NCBI GenBank assembly: GCA_035300345.1
Contig: DATGVM010000022.1
Coordinates: forward strand, 27,365-91,364
Source of the DNA: Steroidobacteraceae bacterium
GTDB taxonomy: Bacteria > Pseudomonadota > Gammaproteobacteria > Steroidobacterales > Steroidobacteraceae
Length of the DNA stretch: 64,000 nucleotides
Reading direction: 5' to 3'
Positions 1 through 9,617 of the stretch are shown in pieces. A program made the translations under genes and the position numbers. A model generated the notes under the pieces. It was not told the DNA's origin. It did not search any database and saw only the letters and a program-made list of their open reading frames with translations. Within the stretch, counting starts at the first letter, position 1, and each line of letters starts with the position of its first letter.

Positions 1-59
1 GAAGGCGGCCGCGCAAAGGGATCGCATTCAGCAATCCCACCGATCTCGCTTAGGAAGCG

Positions 60-467
60 TTACTGCTTCGTCGGGCACACTATAGCTGGGAGCGAACCGA
101 CCTTTTCAGAGAGAGAGCCGACGGGGAGGCGGACGATGAATGCAGTGACAACATGCGACACGCCGCAGCTCACTTCCGTACTGCCGTTGAGACCTAAAAA
201 TGAATTTATTGCCGGGTGTACATTGTCGTTTAAATAGCGGTGCACAATAATGTTGTCTATCCTGACCGTCGCACTCTTCAGAGTCGTGAAGGTCGGGTCG
301 CTCACCGAAAACTCCAGCAGGCATTGCCCTGCGCCAGGAATGAGGCTCGTTAGGTGGCAAACGCCCTCGAGGCTGAATGGGTCCGCCTGCGCAGCGGCGG
401 CTAAAGTGCAAAGCGCGAGACCAGCCGCGGCCTGTCGGACACGGCGTCCAAGTAAATTCCTACTCAT
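60..467 (-). CDS. hypothetical secreted protein
   Basis: Within ORF 60..545, the internal Met at 467 gives MSRNLLGRRVRQAAAGLALCTLAAAAQA/DP, a classic signal peptide with an AQA cleavage site. No domain recognised. Confidence 0.4.
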   Translation of the reverse strand: MSRNLLGRRVRQAAAGLALCTLAAAAQADPFSLEGVCHLTSLIPGAGQCLLEFSVSDPTFTTLKSATVRIDNIIVHRYLNDNVHPAINSFLGLNGSTEVSCGVSHVVTAFIVRLPVGSLSEKVGSLPAIVCPTKQ

Positions 468-615
468 GACATTCCTCTTGATTGTAGTTATAGGTTGAAC
501 TGAATTCTTCCCTTGGACTGTACCGATTGGACGCGGGTGCAGCAAGCGTTCAGAGCAGCGAAACGCTCGTTTCCAAGGGAATTTCCGCTACGGAGTAGGT
601 GGCAATTCCCGCCGA

Positions 616-3600
616 TTGTGGGCAATATCCCCGCCCTTAGTCGTATTATGGAAACTCGTGTCCAATAGCTTGATAGCAATCGTTGGGATGGCGTTCCGGT
701 TTCCCGGCGATTTGGCGATCGAGCGTGATCTGTGGCGGGCGCTCCGGCGCGGGGATGATCTGGTAGGCCGTATCGGACCAGAACGATGGGCGACCGAAGT
801 GATGCAGCATCCCAAGCGGGCGGAAGCGGGACGCAGCATCACCTATGCGGCGGGGGTACTGTCCCGCATAGACGAATTTGATGCCGGCTTTTTCGGTATC
901 TCTCCGCGCGAAGCCGCTTGGCTCGATCCGCAGCAGCGCCTACTGCTTGAGTTGACCTGGGAGGCCATGGAGGCCGGCGGGCAGGTGCCTTCGCGGCTTG
1001 CGCGCTCCGATTGCGCTGTATTTGTCGGCATTTCCGGCGTCGACTATGGCATGCGCGCGATGGACGATTTCGCCGCATTGACGGCCCATTCCATGACCGG
1101 CAACACGCTCAGCATTGCGGCCAATCGCCTTTCCTATGTGTTTGATCTGCATGGACCCTCGGTGGCCGTCGACACAGCTTGTTCGTCTTCCCTAGTAGCC
1201 CTGCACCAGGCCTGCAACAGCCTGCGGACAGGCGAGGCTTCGACGGCGCTGGTCGGCGGAGTCAACCTGCTGCTTCATCCATACCCCTTCATCGGTTTTA
1301 CCAAGGCTTCCATGCTCTCAGCCAGCGGTCGCTGTCGCGCGTTCGATGCCGCAGCCGATGGGTATGTACGCGCCGAGGGTGGGGCCGTCGTTGTGCTAAA
1401 GCCCCTGGACAAGGCATTGGCAGATGGCGATGCCATTCAGGCCGTCATCCTCGCCACGGGCATCAATACGGACGGTGGCAGGAAGACGAGCATCACGATC
1501 CCCAGCGGTGAAGGGCAAGTGGAGCTCTTGAAGGAGGTGCTCGGCAGGTCCGGGCTCTCCGCCGACGAGGTGGATTATGTAGAAGCCCACGGCACCGGCA
1601 CTGCGATTGGCGATCCTATAGAGGCGGCAGCCATCGGCGAGGTCTACGGTCGCCACGCTGGGCGCGTCCAGGCTCTCCCCATCGGATCGATCAAGACTAA
1701 TCTCGGACATCTCGAATCCGCATCAGGCATGGCGGGGCTAATCAAGACGATCCTGGTTCTGAAGAATCGCGCGCTACCTCCCTCCCTGCATTGGACGACG
1801 CCGAATCCGCATATCGACTTCGCCGGACTCAATCTCGAGGTCGTCACACGTCTCCGTTCCCTGGTGAAGCCGGGCCGCAGGCCTCTTGCGGCGGCGGTCA
1901 ATTCCTTTGGCTTTGGCGGAGCGAACGCACATGTGGTGCTGCAGGAATTTCGAGCCCGAAGGCGTTCGCCGCGGCGGATTAAGGCCAGCCACCCACCGCT
2001 GTTTCTGTCGGCACGTACGCCGCAGGCCTTGCGCGATTTGGCGGGACGCTACGCGAAGCTGTTGAAGCAAATGCCATCCGCGTATTACGACATCGCTCAT
2101 GGTGCCGCCCATCGCCGCGAACGGCTCGAGCGGCGCCTGGTGCTACCGTCGTGCAGTCCCTCGGAACGTGACAAGCGCCTCGGGGATTTTGCCAAGGGCG
2201 CTACGGTGCCGCAAGTCATCGTGGAGGATGCCCTTGCCCAGCCCGGCAAACTGGCATTCGTCTACTCTGGCAACGGTGCCCAGTGGCTTGGCATGGGGCA
2301 GAGACTCCTGTCTGAGTCGCCGCGCTTCGCTGCCCTGCTGGCCGAGCTCGACGAGCGCATCAATACACAGGCGGGATTCTCGATCCTTGCGGAACTGCAA
2401 GCGGATCAGAAGCACTCGCGGTTTGAGGATACGACCGTCGCGCAGCCGCTTCTCTTTGCGATCCAGGTGGCGCTGACGATACTGTTGCGCGAGCGCGGCA
2501 TCGAAGCCGACGCCGTGGCGGGCCACAGTGCAGGCGAAGTCGCTGCCGCCTGGGCGTCGGGGGCTCTGAGCCTCGATCAGGCTACGACGGTTATCTGCGC
2601 ACGCAGCGGCGCACAGGGCCGAACGCGCGGTGCCGGCCGCATGGCGGCGGTTGGACTTCCTGAGGTTGACGCGCGAGAACTGATCGCGACCGAGCAGCTG
2701 GCCGGGGTAGAGCTCAGCGGCGTTAACAGCCCGGGTAACGTCACACTGTCCGGAAATCTCGATGCCCTGCAGCGCCTCGGAGCAGTGCTCAGCCAGCGCA
2801 ATATTTTCTTTCGGCTGCTTGAATTCGACTACGCCTTTCACAGTCGCGCTATGAATCTGATCGAAGACGATCTCAAAGCGCGCCTGGCAGACCTTAGGCC
2901 GGAATCTGTGAGCGAACCAAAATTCGTATCCGGGGTGACGGGCAAAATGATGCCTGGCGCCGCGCTTGGCGCGACCTACTGGTGGCGCAATGTGCGCGAG
3001 CCAGTGCGTTTTGATCGAGCCATGTCGGCTCTGGCGGAACTCGGCTGCCGTGTTTTCGTAGAGATCGGGCCGAACGCCATTCTGCAACGCTACATGAGCG
3101 AGTGTCTTGCCTCGGCGAGCGTTAACGGCCGAGTCCTACCCACCTTGCGGAGAAGCGAAGATGGGACTGCCGGGGTTGAGGCCGTAGCGCTGAGAATACA
3201 GTTGCTTGCGGATGCGACGCGGCTCGAGTCCTATTTCACGCAGCCAGGCCGGCCGGTCCGGTTACCCAACTATCCCTGGCAGCGCGAACGTCACTGGCAT
3301 CCACGCACCAGCGAAGCCTATGCCCTGATTGAGCGAACACGGGTGCATCCGCTCTTAGGCTGGAGACTCAAGGATGCCGCCGCCGCCTGGGAGAACAGTC
3401 TCGATCCAGAGTTCTTTCCGTGGCTCGCGGACCATAAAGTGGGGGACGCCGTCGTGCTTCCCGGCGCCGCGTTTGCAGAGCTCGCATTGGCCGCGTCGCG
3501 CGCCCACTTCGGCGGGCCGCTGCATGAGTGCGAGGAACTGAATATACTTGTTCCCATCGTATTCGATGGCGAACATGCCCGCAGTGTCCGCTTCGATCTG

Positions 3601-6600
3601 TCGGTGCGCGACGGAAGTTTCCAGATCCAGAGTCGCCAACGACTCAGCGACGATGAGTGGACGCTCAATGCGGCGGGCCGGTTGCGCCTGGCGTCCGGTG
3701 GGGTAGAGCCAGCACGCGCGATCGACGATCCGCACGGCGCCAGCGATGCGGTGGTAATCGATCGTGCCACTCACTACCGGCTGACCGGCCTACTGGGCCT
3801 CAATTACGGGCCGTCCTTCCAGGGATTGCTGCGCGCCGAGGTCCGCGGCCAAGTCCTGTCGGCAAGCGTCCAGTTGCCGGCCAACGTGTCGGAAACCGCA
3901 CACCAATTCCTGATCCACCCGGCGTTGCTTGATGTGTGTTTCCAGTCGCTCGTGGATTTCTTTCACGCCGATATTGACCCACACCGCGCGGTACCGGTAC
4001 TGCCGGTCAAGTTCGGGCGCCTGCGCTATTACTCCGATGCGCCCGTGGTGCGCTTCCGTGCGGCCCTCCGGCGCCGCAATGAACGCTCTCTGCTGGCCGA
4101 CTTCGAGCTCCTCGACGCCTCCAATCGTATCGTGGCGACAGTGAGCGACTGCCGCTTCCGGGCGGCACCGATGCGCCGGAGCGATCAAGTGCAACCCGCA
4201 TGCTGGACGATCGTGCCGCACTTGCAGCCTCACGCTTCGGAGCAATCGCGTACTGATGTGGCTCCCAGCGCGCAACTGGCCGAGCGCCTGCGTGCGTGGT
4301 TCGATCGTGAAGAGCCCTTATTGCTGCGTCATGCCTACTTCAAATCGTCGTTGCCTCTTTTTGAGGCATTGGCGGTCTCGTTCGCGCGCGACGCGTTCCA
4401 GGATTTGTTCGCGAAGCGGGGAGGGTGGGTGCAGCGCTCGCTTACGCATCCCGAAAGCGTCGAGGAGGCTTGCCGTCCATTCTTCCGCTGGCTTGGCAAC
4501 ATGTTGCGCGACGAGGGCCTGCTCGTTGAGCGCTCAACCGGCACCTGGCAGCTCGTCGCGACGGATCTCCCGTCGGCTCAGAGTATCTGGCGTACCTTGC
4601 TGCGCGATTGTCCCGCCAGTCTGCCGGAACTTGTCTTTGCCGCCCGCGTCGGACGCCGTCTCGCCGCACTGCTCACCAAGGCGAGCGAAGCCGAGCGATT
4701 GACGGAGGCCTTGCAGATCAGCCACCAGGCCGAGGCGCTGTTTCAGGATTCGTCCAGTTACCTGGGTACGCGTTTGGGGGTTCAACAACTCCTGTGCAGT
4801 GTGGCCGAACAATGGCCGCAACATCGGCGATTGCGCATACTTGAAATCTCGGCAGGGGCCAGCCGTGTCGTACAGCAGGTTCTGGATTGTTTTCCCGAGG
4901 ACCGGCTTGACTACGTCATCGCGCATCCCGATGAGCCCATCCGCGCGCGTCTGCAAACCGAGTTTTCAAGGCGGCAGTGCGTGCGTATTGCAAACGTTAG
5001 CACCGACAGTCTGGAGTTGACGTCGGATGCCCGCCTGCCCGATTCCTTCGACGTTATTGTGCTGAGACACTGGCTGCATCGCACGCCCCACCCGGTGGGC
5101 GTGCTGGCTGCCGCTCGGCGAAAGCTGGCGCTCGGTGGTCTATTGGTGTTGGCCGAGCGCCATCCTGACCTCGGCGCGGACTTCGTTTGCGGGATCGATC
5201 CCCGGTGGTGGCAGGAGAGCGCACACGGGGAGCCGATCTCCCGTCTGCAGCCGCCCGCCGCTTGGGAGGCCGCGCTCGCGAAGCAGGCCTACGTCGATAT
5301 TGAGATTTGTCGCGAGCCCGCGAGCGCGAATCTGTCTGAGGGTGCCTATATCCTTCTGGCAAAGCGCCCCGCAGAGGAGGCGGTTACGGTCACTGAACCG
5401 GCCTGCGCCCGCTGGCTCCTGATGTGCGACGGAGCCGCGCCCTGGTCCCTGCTCGGCGATCGCGTACAGCGCCTGCTGGAATCACGTGGTCAACGAGTCC
5501 TGAGTGTGGGTGCCGGCGCGACCACGGAGGCGGTACTGGCGGCGGCACGCGGTACCCTGGGAACGATTGACCATGTCGTCTACATGAGTGGTCCTGTCGA
5601 CAGCAGCCTGCCTCCCGACGACGCTCCCTGGCACCCCATGGATAGCGACGGCATCGTTGGTGCGCTGCAGCTGGTTCAGGCCGTCGGCCGCAATCCATCC
5701 CCACCGCGGCTGTGGCTGGTAACCGCCGGCGGGGCACTGGTCGAACGGCTGCCCGATGGAGTTCCCGGCAATTCGACCCAGGGCGCGCTATGGGGTTTTG
5801 GCCGGGTCGTCATGAACGAATACCCGGCGCTCGAGTGCACGCTGGTCGACGTGGATATTGACCCGGCCAGTGAAGAGGCGGCCGGTCGGTTGCATTCGGA
5901 GTTGCTCCAGCCCGACGGCGAGCAGGAAATCATGCTGGGTGCTCACGGCCGCTATGTGGCGCGTATGCTCGGCGTGGCGGATCAAGCATCGGTCGAGCCC
6001 GGGAATAAGGCCACACGCTTCCGGCTCGATTTTCATACGCCCGGGCGGATACGCAACCTGCAGTGGCGGCCGCAGCCCGAGCGGCCACTCACTGATGAAG
6101 AGATCGAAATTCGTGTCGCCGCAACGGGACTGAATTTCCGCGACGTCATGTATCTGCAAGGCCTGTTGCCGGACGATGCCATTGAAGGGGGATTTGCCGG
6201 TGCCAGCCTGGGGCTTGAATTCGCCGGCGTCGTCAATCGCGTGGGGCGTGTTGGCGGTGAATTTTCAATTGGTGACTCTGTCATGGGCTTCGCGCCGGCG
6301 TGTTTCGCCAGCCACGTCATCACCACGGCCAAGGCGATCTCGCACAAGCCGGCCGACTGGTCGTTCGAGGCGGCAGCCACGGTGCCGACGGTTTTTTTCA
6401 CGGTGTATTACGCTCTCAAGCATCTAGCGGATCTGCAGGCTGGCGAGCGCATCCTGATTCACGGTGGCGCGGGCGGCGTGGGAATTGCCGCCATTCAGTT
6501 TTCGATGCATCTCGGCGCCGAGGTGTACGCGACCGCGGGAAGTGACGAGAAGCGCGATTTCGTCGCGCTGTTAGGCGCCGACCATGTGCTTGACTCGCGC

Positions 6601-8286
6601 AGTCTGGCCTTTGCCGATCAGATTATGGCGATGACAAACGGCGAAGGTGTTGACGTGGTTCTGAATTCGCTCGCCGGTGAGGCTCTGCGGCGCAGCCTCG
6701 ACGTCCTAAAACCCTTTGGCCGTTTCCTTGAACTGGGGAAACGGGATTTCTTCGAAAACACGCCCATTGGACTGCGGCCGTTTAAGAACAATATCAGCTT
6801 CTTCGGCATCGATGCCGACCAATTGCTCATCGCACGTCCGGCACTGGCCGGTCGGCTGTTTCGTGAGGTCATGGCGCTGTTTCGGGAGAAAGTGCTGTTC
6901 CCACTGCCTTATCGACTGTTCCCGGCGACTAACATTGTCGATGCCTTCCGCACCATGCAGCAGGCACAACAAATCGGCAAAGTGATCGTCGGAATTGAAG
7001 GGGTGAGCGTCGCCATTGAAGACACGTCTGCCCGCGCAATTCCGGTTCGCTTTGAATCGCGTGCCCGCTGGCTCGTCACTGGGGGAATATCCGGCTTTGG
7101 CCTGGAATCAGCCCGCTGGCTTGCCGAGCGAGGCGTTGGCGATCTGGTGCTGGTGGGCAGGCGTGGCATGCGCACACCCGGCGCTACCGAAGCCGTGCGC
7201 ACCCTGGAGGCACTGGGGGCCCAAGTCAGTGTGATCGCCTGCGACGTCAATGATCGCAGCGCCGTGCAGTCGATGCTGAAAGAGATACGCAATTCGCGCA
7301 CGCCGCTGACGGGAGTGCTCCACGCCGCAATGGTGCTGGATGACGCACTTATCGGCAACCTGGATGCGCAAAGGCTGCGCAATGTGCTCGCGCCAAAGCT
7401 CCTCGGCGCCTGGCATTTGCATGAACTGACGCTCGATATACCGATTGAACACTTCGTGCTGTACTCCTCGATCACCACGATGATCGGCAATCTGGGACAG
7501 GCGAATTATGTGGCCGCCAATGCCTCCCTCGAGAGCCTCGCACTGCTGCGCCGGGCCGTCGGGCTCCCGGTCACATGCATTGGCTGGGGTCCGATCAGCG
7601 ACGCGGGCTTGCTGACGCGAAATGAGGCCGTCAAGGACGCTCTTGCACAGCGCCTCGGCGCCAGCTCGATGAGCGCGCGCGCCGCGCTGGCGTTGCTTGA
7701 TCGCTTACTGCCGCGCAGCACCGGGACCATCGCGGTGGGCAATTTCGACTGGCCCACGCTCGCACGTTTGCTGCCTTCGGCCAGGGCAGCGCGCTTTGAG
7801 TGGCTGCGCCGCCGTGCAGGGCCGACTGCTGATACGAGCGCGGTGAGCGATGATATTCGCGTTATGATCGCGGGCAAGACACGCGGGGAGGCCCTGCGCA
7901 TCGCCCAAGAGCTGGTCGTTCAGGAGGTCGCGCAAGTGCTGTGCGTTGCTCCTGACCGCGTCGATCCGCATCGCTCGGTGCACGACCTGGGAATGGATTC
8001 GCTGATGGCCGTGGAACTGGTTATGGGGCTGGAGAAGCGCTTTGGACTTGAGTTACCGGCCATGCTGCTTAACGAAGGCATTACCGTCGAAAAGGTCGCC
8101 GCGCGCGTGATAGACCGGCTTTTGCGCACTGATGAACCAGTCAAGGCGGAGGCAGGCGATCGGCTGGATATCGTGGCCGCCACTCTTGCGACGCAACACG
8201 GCGAGACCATGGCGGCTGACGATTTGGCCAAGACCCTCGAGCAGGCGCGCAGCCTGGAGCCCGGCAAGGTGCGGTTGATTCGATGA
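616..8286 (+). CDS. type I polyketide synthase, FAS-like KS-AT-DH-(MT-like)-ER-KR-ACP (RkpA/WcbR-like capsule lipid synthase)
   Basis: 2556-aa ORF. KS motifs IAIVGMAFRFPG, DTACSSSLVALHQA, HGTGT. AT GHSAGEVAAAW. DH HPLLG and LADHKVGDAVVLPGAAF. MT-like region RILEISAGAS. ER LIHGGAGGVGIAAIQ. KR WLVTGGISGFGLESARWLAERG. ACP LGMDSLMAVEL. No TE domain. Alternative in-frame GTG start at 658. Confidence 0.93.
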   Translation: MWAISPPLVVLWKLVSNSLIAIVGMAFRFPGDLAIERDLWRALRRGDDLVGRIGPERWATEVMQHPKRAEAGRSITYAAGVLSRIDEFDAGFFGISPREAAWLDPQQRLLLELTWEAMEAGGQVPSRLARSDCAVFVGISGVDYGMRAMDDFAALTAHSMTGNTLSIAANRLSYVFDLHGPSVAVDTACSSSLVALHQACNSLRTGEASTALVGGVNLLLHPYPFIGFTKASMLSASGRCRAFDAAADGYVRAEGGAVVVLKPLDKALADGDAIQAVILATGINTDGGRKTSITIPSGEGQVELLKEVLGRSGLSADEVDYVEAHGTGTAIGDPIEAAAIGEVYGRHAGRVQALPIGSIKTNLGHLESASGMAGLIKTILVLKNRALPPSLHWTTPNPHIDFAGLNLEVVTRLRSLVKPGRRPLAAAVNSFGFGGANAHVVLQEFRARRRSPRRIKASHPPLFLSARTPQALRDLAGRYAKLLKQMPSAYYDIAHGAAHRRERLERRLVLPSCSPSERDKRLGDFAKGATVPQVIVEDALAQPGKLAFVYSGNGAQWLGMGQRLLSESPRFAALLAELDERINTQAGFSILAELQADQKHSRFEDTTVAQPLLFAIQVALTILLRERGIEADAVAGHSAGEVAAAWASGALSLDQATTVICARSGAQGRTRGAGRMAAVGLPEVDARELIATEQLAGVELSGVNSPGNVTLSGNLDALQRLGAVLSQRNIFFRLLEFDYAFHSRAMNLIEDDLKARLADLRPESVSEPKFVSGVTGKMMPGAALGATYWWRNVREPVRFDRAMSALAELGCRVFVEIGPNAILQRYMSECLASASVNGRVLPTLRRSEDGTAGVEAVALRIQLLADATRLESYFTQPGRPVRLPNYPWQRERHWHPRTSEAYALIERTRVHPLLGWRLKDAAAAWENSLDPEFFPWLADHKVGDAVVLPGAAFAELALAASRAHFGGPLHECEELNILVPIVFDGEHARSVRFDLSVRDGSFQIQSRQRLSDDEWTLNAAGRLRLASGGVEPARAIDDPHGASDAVVIDRATHYRLTGLLGLNYGPSFQGLLRAEVRGQVLSASVQLPANVSETAHQFLIHPALLDVCFQSLVDFFHADIDPHRAVPVLPVKFGRLRYYSDAPVVRFRAALRRRNERSLLADFELLDASNRIVATVSDCRFRAAPMRRSDQVQPACWTIVPHLQPHASEQSRTDVAPSAQLAERLRAWFDREEPLLLRHAYFKSSLPLFEALAVSFARDAFQDLFAKRGGWVQRSLTHPESVEEACRPFFRWLGNMLRDEGLLVERSTGTWQLVATDLPSAQSIWRTLLRDCPASLPELVFAARVGRRLAALLTKASEAERLTEALQISHQAEALFQDSSSYLGTRLGVQQLLCSVAEQWPQHRRLRILEISAGASRVVQQVLDCFPEDRLDYVIAHPDEPIRARLQTEFSRRQCVRIANVSTDSLELTSDARLPDSFDVIVLRHWLHRTPHPVGVLAAARRKLALGGLLVLAERHPDLGADFVCGIDPRWWQESAHGEPISRLQPPAAWEAALAKQAYVDIEICREPASANLSEGAYILLAKRPAEEAVTVTEPACARWLLMCDGAAPWSLLGDRVQRLLESRGQRVLSVGAGATTEAVLAAARGTLGTIDHVVYMSGPVDSSLPPDDAPWHPMDSDGIVGALQLVQAVGRNPSPPRLWLVTAGGALVERLPDGVPGNSTQGALWGFGRVVMNEYPALECTLVDVDIDPASEEAAGRLHSELLQPDGEQEIMLGAHGRYVARMLGVADQASVEPGNKATRFRLDFHTPGRIRNLQWRPQPERPLTDEEIEIRVAATGLNFRDVMYLQGLLPDDAIEGGFAGASLGLEFAGVVNRVGRVGGEFSIGDSVMGFAPACFASHVITTAKAISHKPADWSFEAAATVPTVFFTVYYALKHLADLQAGERILIHGGAGGVGIAAIQFSMHLGAEVYATAGSDEKRDFVALLGADHVLDSRSLAFADQIMAMTNGEGVDVVLNSLAGEALRRSLDVLKPFGRFLELGKRDFFENTPIGLRPFKNNISFFGIDADQLLIARPALAGRLFREVMALFREKVLFPLPYRLFPATNIVDAFRTMQQAQQIGKVIVGIEGVSVAIEDTSARAIPVRFESRARWLVTGGISGFGLESARWLAERGVGDLVLVGRRGMRTPGATEAVRTLEALGAQVSVIACDVNDRSAVQSMLKEIRNSRTPLTGVLHAAMVLDDALIGNLDAQRLRNVLAPKLLGAWHLHELTLDIPIEHFVLYSSITTMIGNLGQANYVAANASLESLALLRRAVGLPVTCIGWGPISDAGLLTRNEAVKDALAQRLGASSMSARAALALLDRLLPRSTGTIAVGNFDWPTLARLLPSARAARFEWLRRRAGPTADTSAVSDDIRVMIAGKTRGEALRIAQELVVQEVAQVLCVAPDRVDPHRSVHDLGMDSLMAVELVMGLEKRFGLELPAMLLNEGITVEKVAARVIDRLLRTDEPVKAEAGDRLDIVAATLATQHGETMAADDLAKTLEQARSLEPGKVRLIR

Positions 8287-9617
8287 GCAGCAAGCGCTAC
8301 GGCCTGGTCGACAAGGCGCGCGACGAGCTCGTGCGGCGTTTTCTCGATCGCAAGAGCGCTGACCACGCCGTACATGCGCCACCTCAAGCTGCTCAGACGG
8401 GGAGCAAGTGGCTCAATATTCCGGAGGCTTACAGCCGCTTTGATCGCTTTCCCGGATACGAGAGACTCCTCGTGCCGCGGGTGGCTGCCGACCGGCTGGG
8501 CCTGGCCAACCCCTTTTTCAAGGCGCACGACGGTGTCGCCGGCGCAACCACCCTGATCGATGGGCGAAGCTACGTAAATTTCTCCTCGTATAACTATCTG
8601 GGGCTCGCAGGCCACCCGCGCGTCAACAAAGCGGCCACCGCCGCGATTGAGCGCTATGGCACTTCAGCCTCTGCCAGCCGCCTCGTGGCCGGGGAACGGC
8701 CAATTCAACGTGAGCTCGAAAAGGCACTAGCAGCCTTCTACGAAGTCGAAGATTGCGTAGTCTTCGTCAGCGGCCACGCGACCAACGTGACCACTATTGG
8801 TTATCTGTTTGGGCCGAAGGACCTTGTCGTACACGATAGCCTCATACACAACAGCGTGCTGGAAGGGATCAAGCTTTCCGGCGCCGCGCGCCGCTCATTT
8901 CCGCACAACGATACCGCCGCTCTCGACACGATTCTGAGCGAGATCCGCGGCCTGTTTGAGCGCGTACTCATCGTTGTCGAGGGACTGTACAGCATGGACG
9001 GCGACATCGCCGAGCTGCCTCGGCTAATCGACATCAAGCAGCGCCACAAGGCCTTCCTGATGGTCGACGAGGCGCATTCGCTTGGCGTGTTGGGTGAATC
9101 CGGCCATGGCATCCGCGAGCATTACGGCATTGCCGGCAAGGCAGTGGATATCTGGATGGGCACGCTCAGCAAGGCTCTGGCCGGCTGTGGCGGCTTTATC
9201 GCCGGCGAGCACGCACTGGTGGAGCATCTCAAGTACGCCGCCCCTGGGTTTGTGTACAGTGTCGGCCTGGCGCCACCACTGGCGGCCGCTTCTCTCGAGG
9301 CGCTGAAAATTATGATTGAAGAGCCGGAACGCACAAGGCGGCTGCACGAGCGAGCAAGGCATGCTCACGAGCTGGCGCGCGTGCGCGGCATCAATATTGG
9401 ACTGTCGCAAGGGTATGCGGTCATTCCAGCGATTGTCGGCAGCTCGCTCAAGGCTGCCAAGATCTCGAATCAGCTCTTCGAACGCGGCATAAACGTGCAG
9501 CCAATAGTGTATCCGGCGGTCGATGAGCGAGTCGCAAGGCTTCGATTTTTTGTCAGCACCATGCACACTGAAAAGCAGATTGCTTCCGCCATCGATGTGC
9601 TGGCCGGTCTGCTGTGA
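8283..9617 (+). CDS. PLP-dependent alpha-oxoamine synthase family acyltransferase (BioF/KBL/Spt-like; RkpG/WcbT-like)
   Basis: 444 aa. Motifs YNYLGL, VSGHATN, DEAHSLGVLG and the PLP-lysine motif GTLSKALAGCGGF. Its ATG overlaps the PKS stop codon (ATGA at 8283-8286). Confidence 0.9.
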   Translation: MSSKRYGLVDKARDELVRRFLDRKSADHAVHAPPQAAQTGSKWLNIPEAYSRFDRFPGYERLLVPRVAADRLGLANPFFKAHDGVAGATTLIDGRSYVNFSSYNYLGLAGHPRVNKAATAAIERYGTSASASRLVAGERPIQRELEKALAAFYEVEDCVVFVSGHATNVTTIGYLFGPKDLVVHDSLIHNSVLEGIKLSGAARRSFPHNDTAALDTILSEIRGLFERVLIVVEGLYSMDGDIAELPRLIDIKQRHKAFLMVDEAHSLGVLGESGHGIREHYGIAGKAVDIWMGTLSKALAGCGGFIAGEHALVEHLKYAAPGFVYSVGLAPPLAAASLEALKIMIEEPERTRRLHERARHAHELARVRGINIGLSQGYAVIPAIVGSSLKAAKISNQLFERGINVQPIVYPAVDERVARLRFFVSTMHTEKQIASAIDVLAGLL

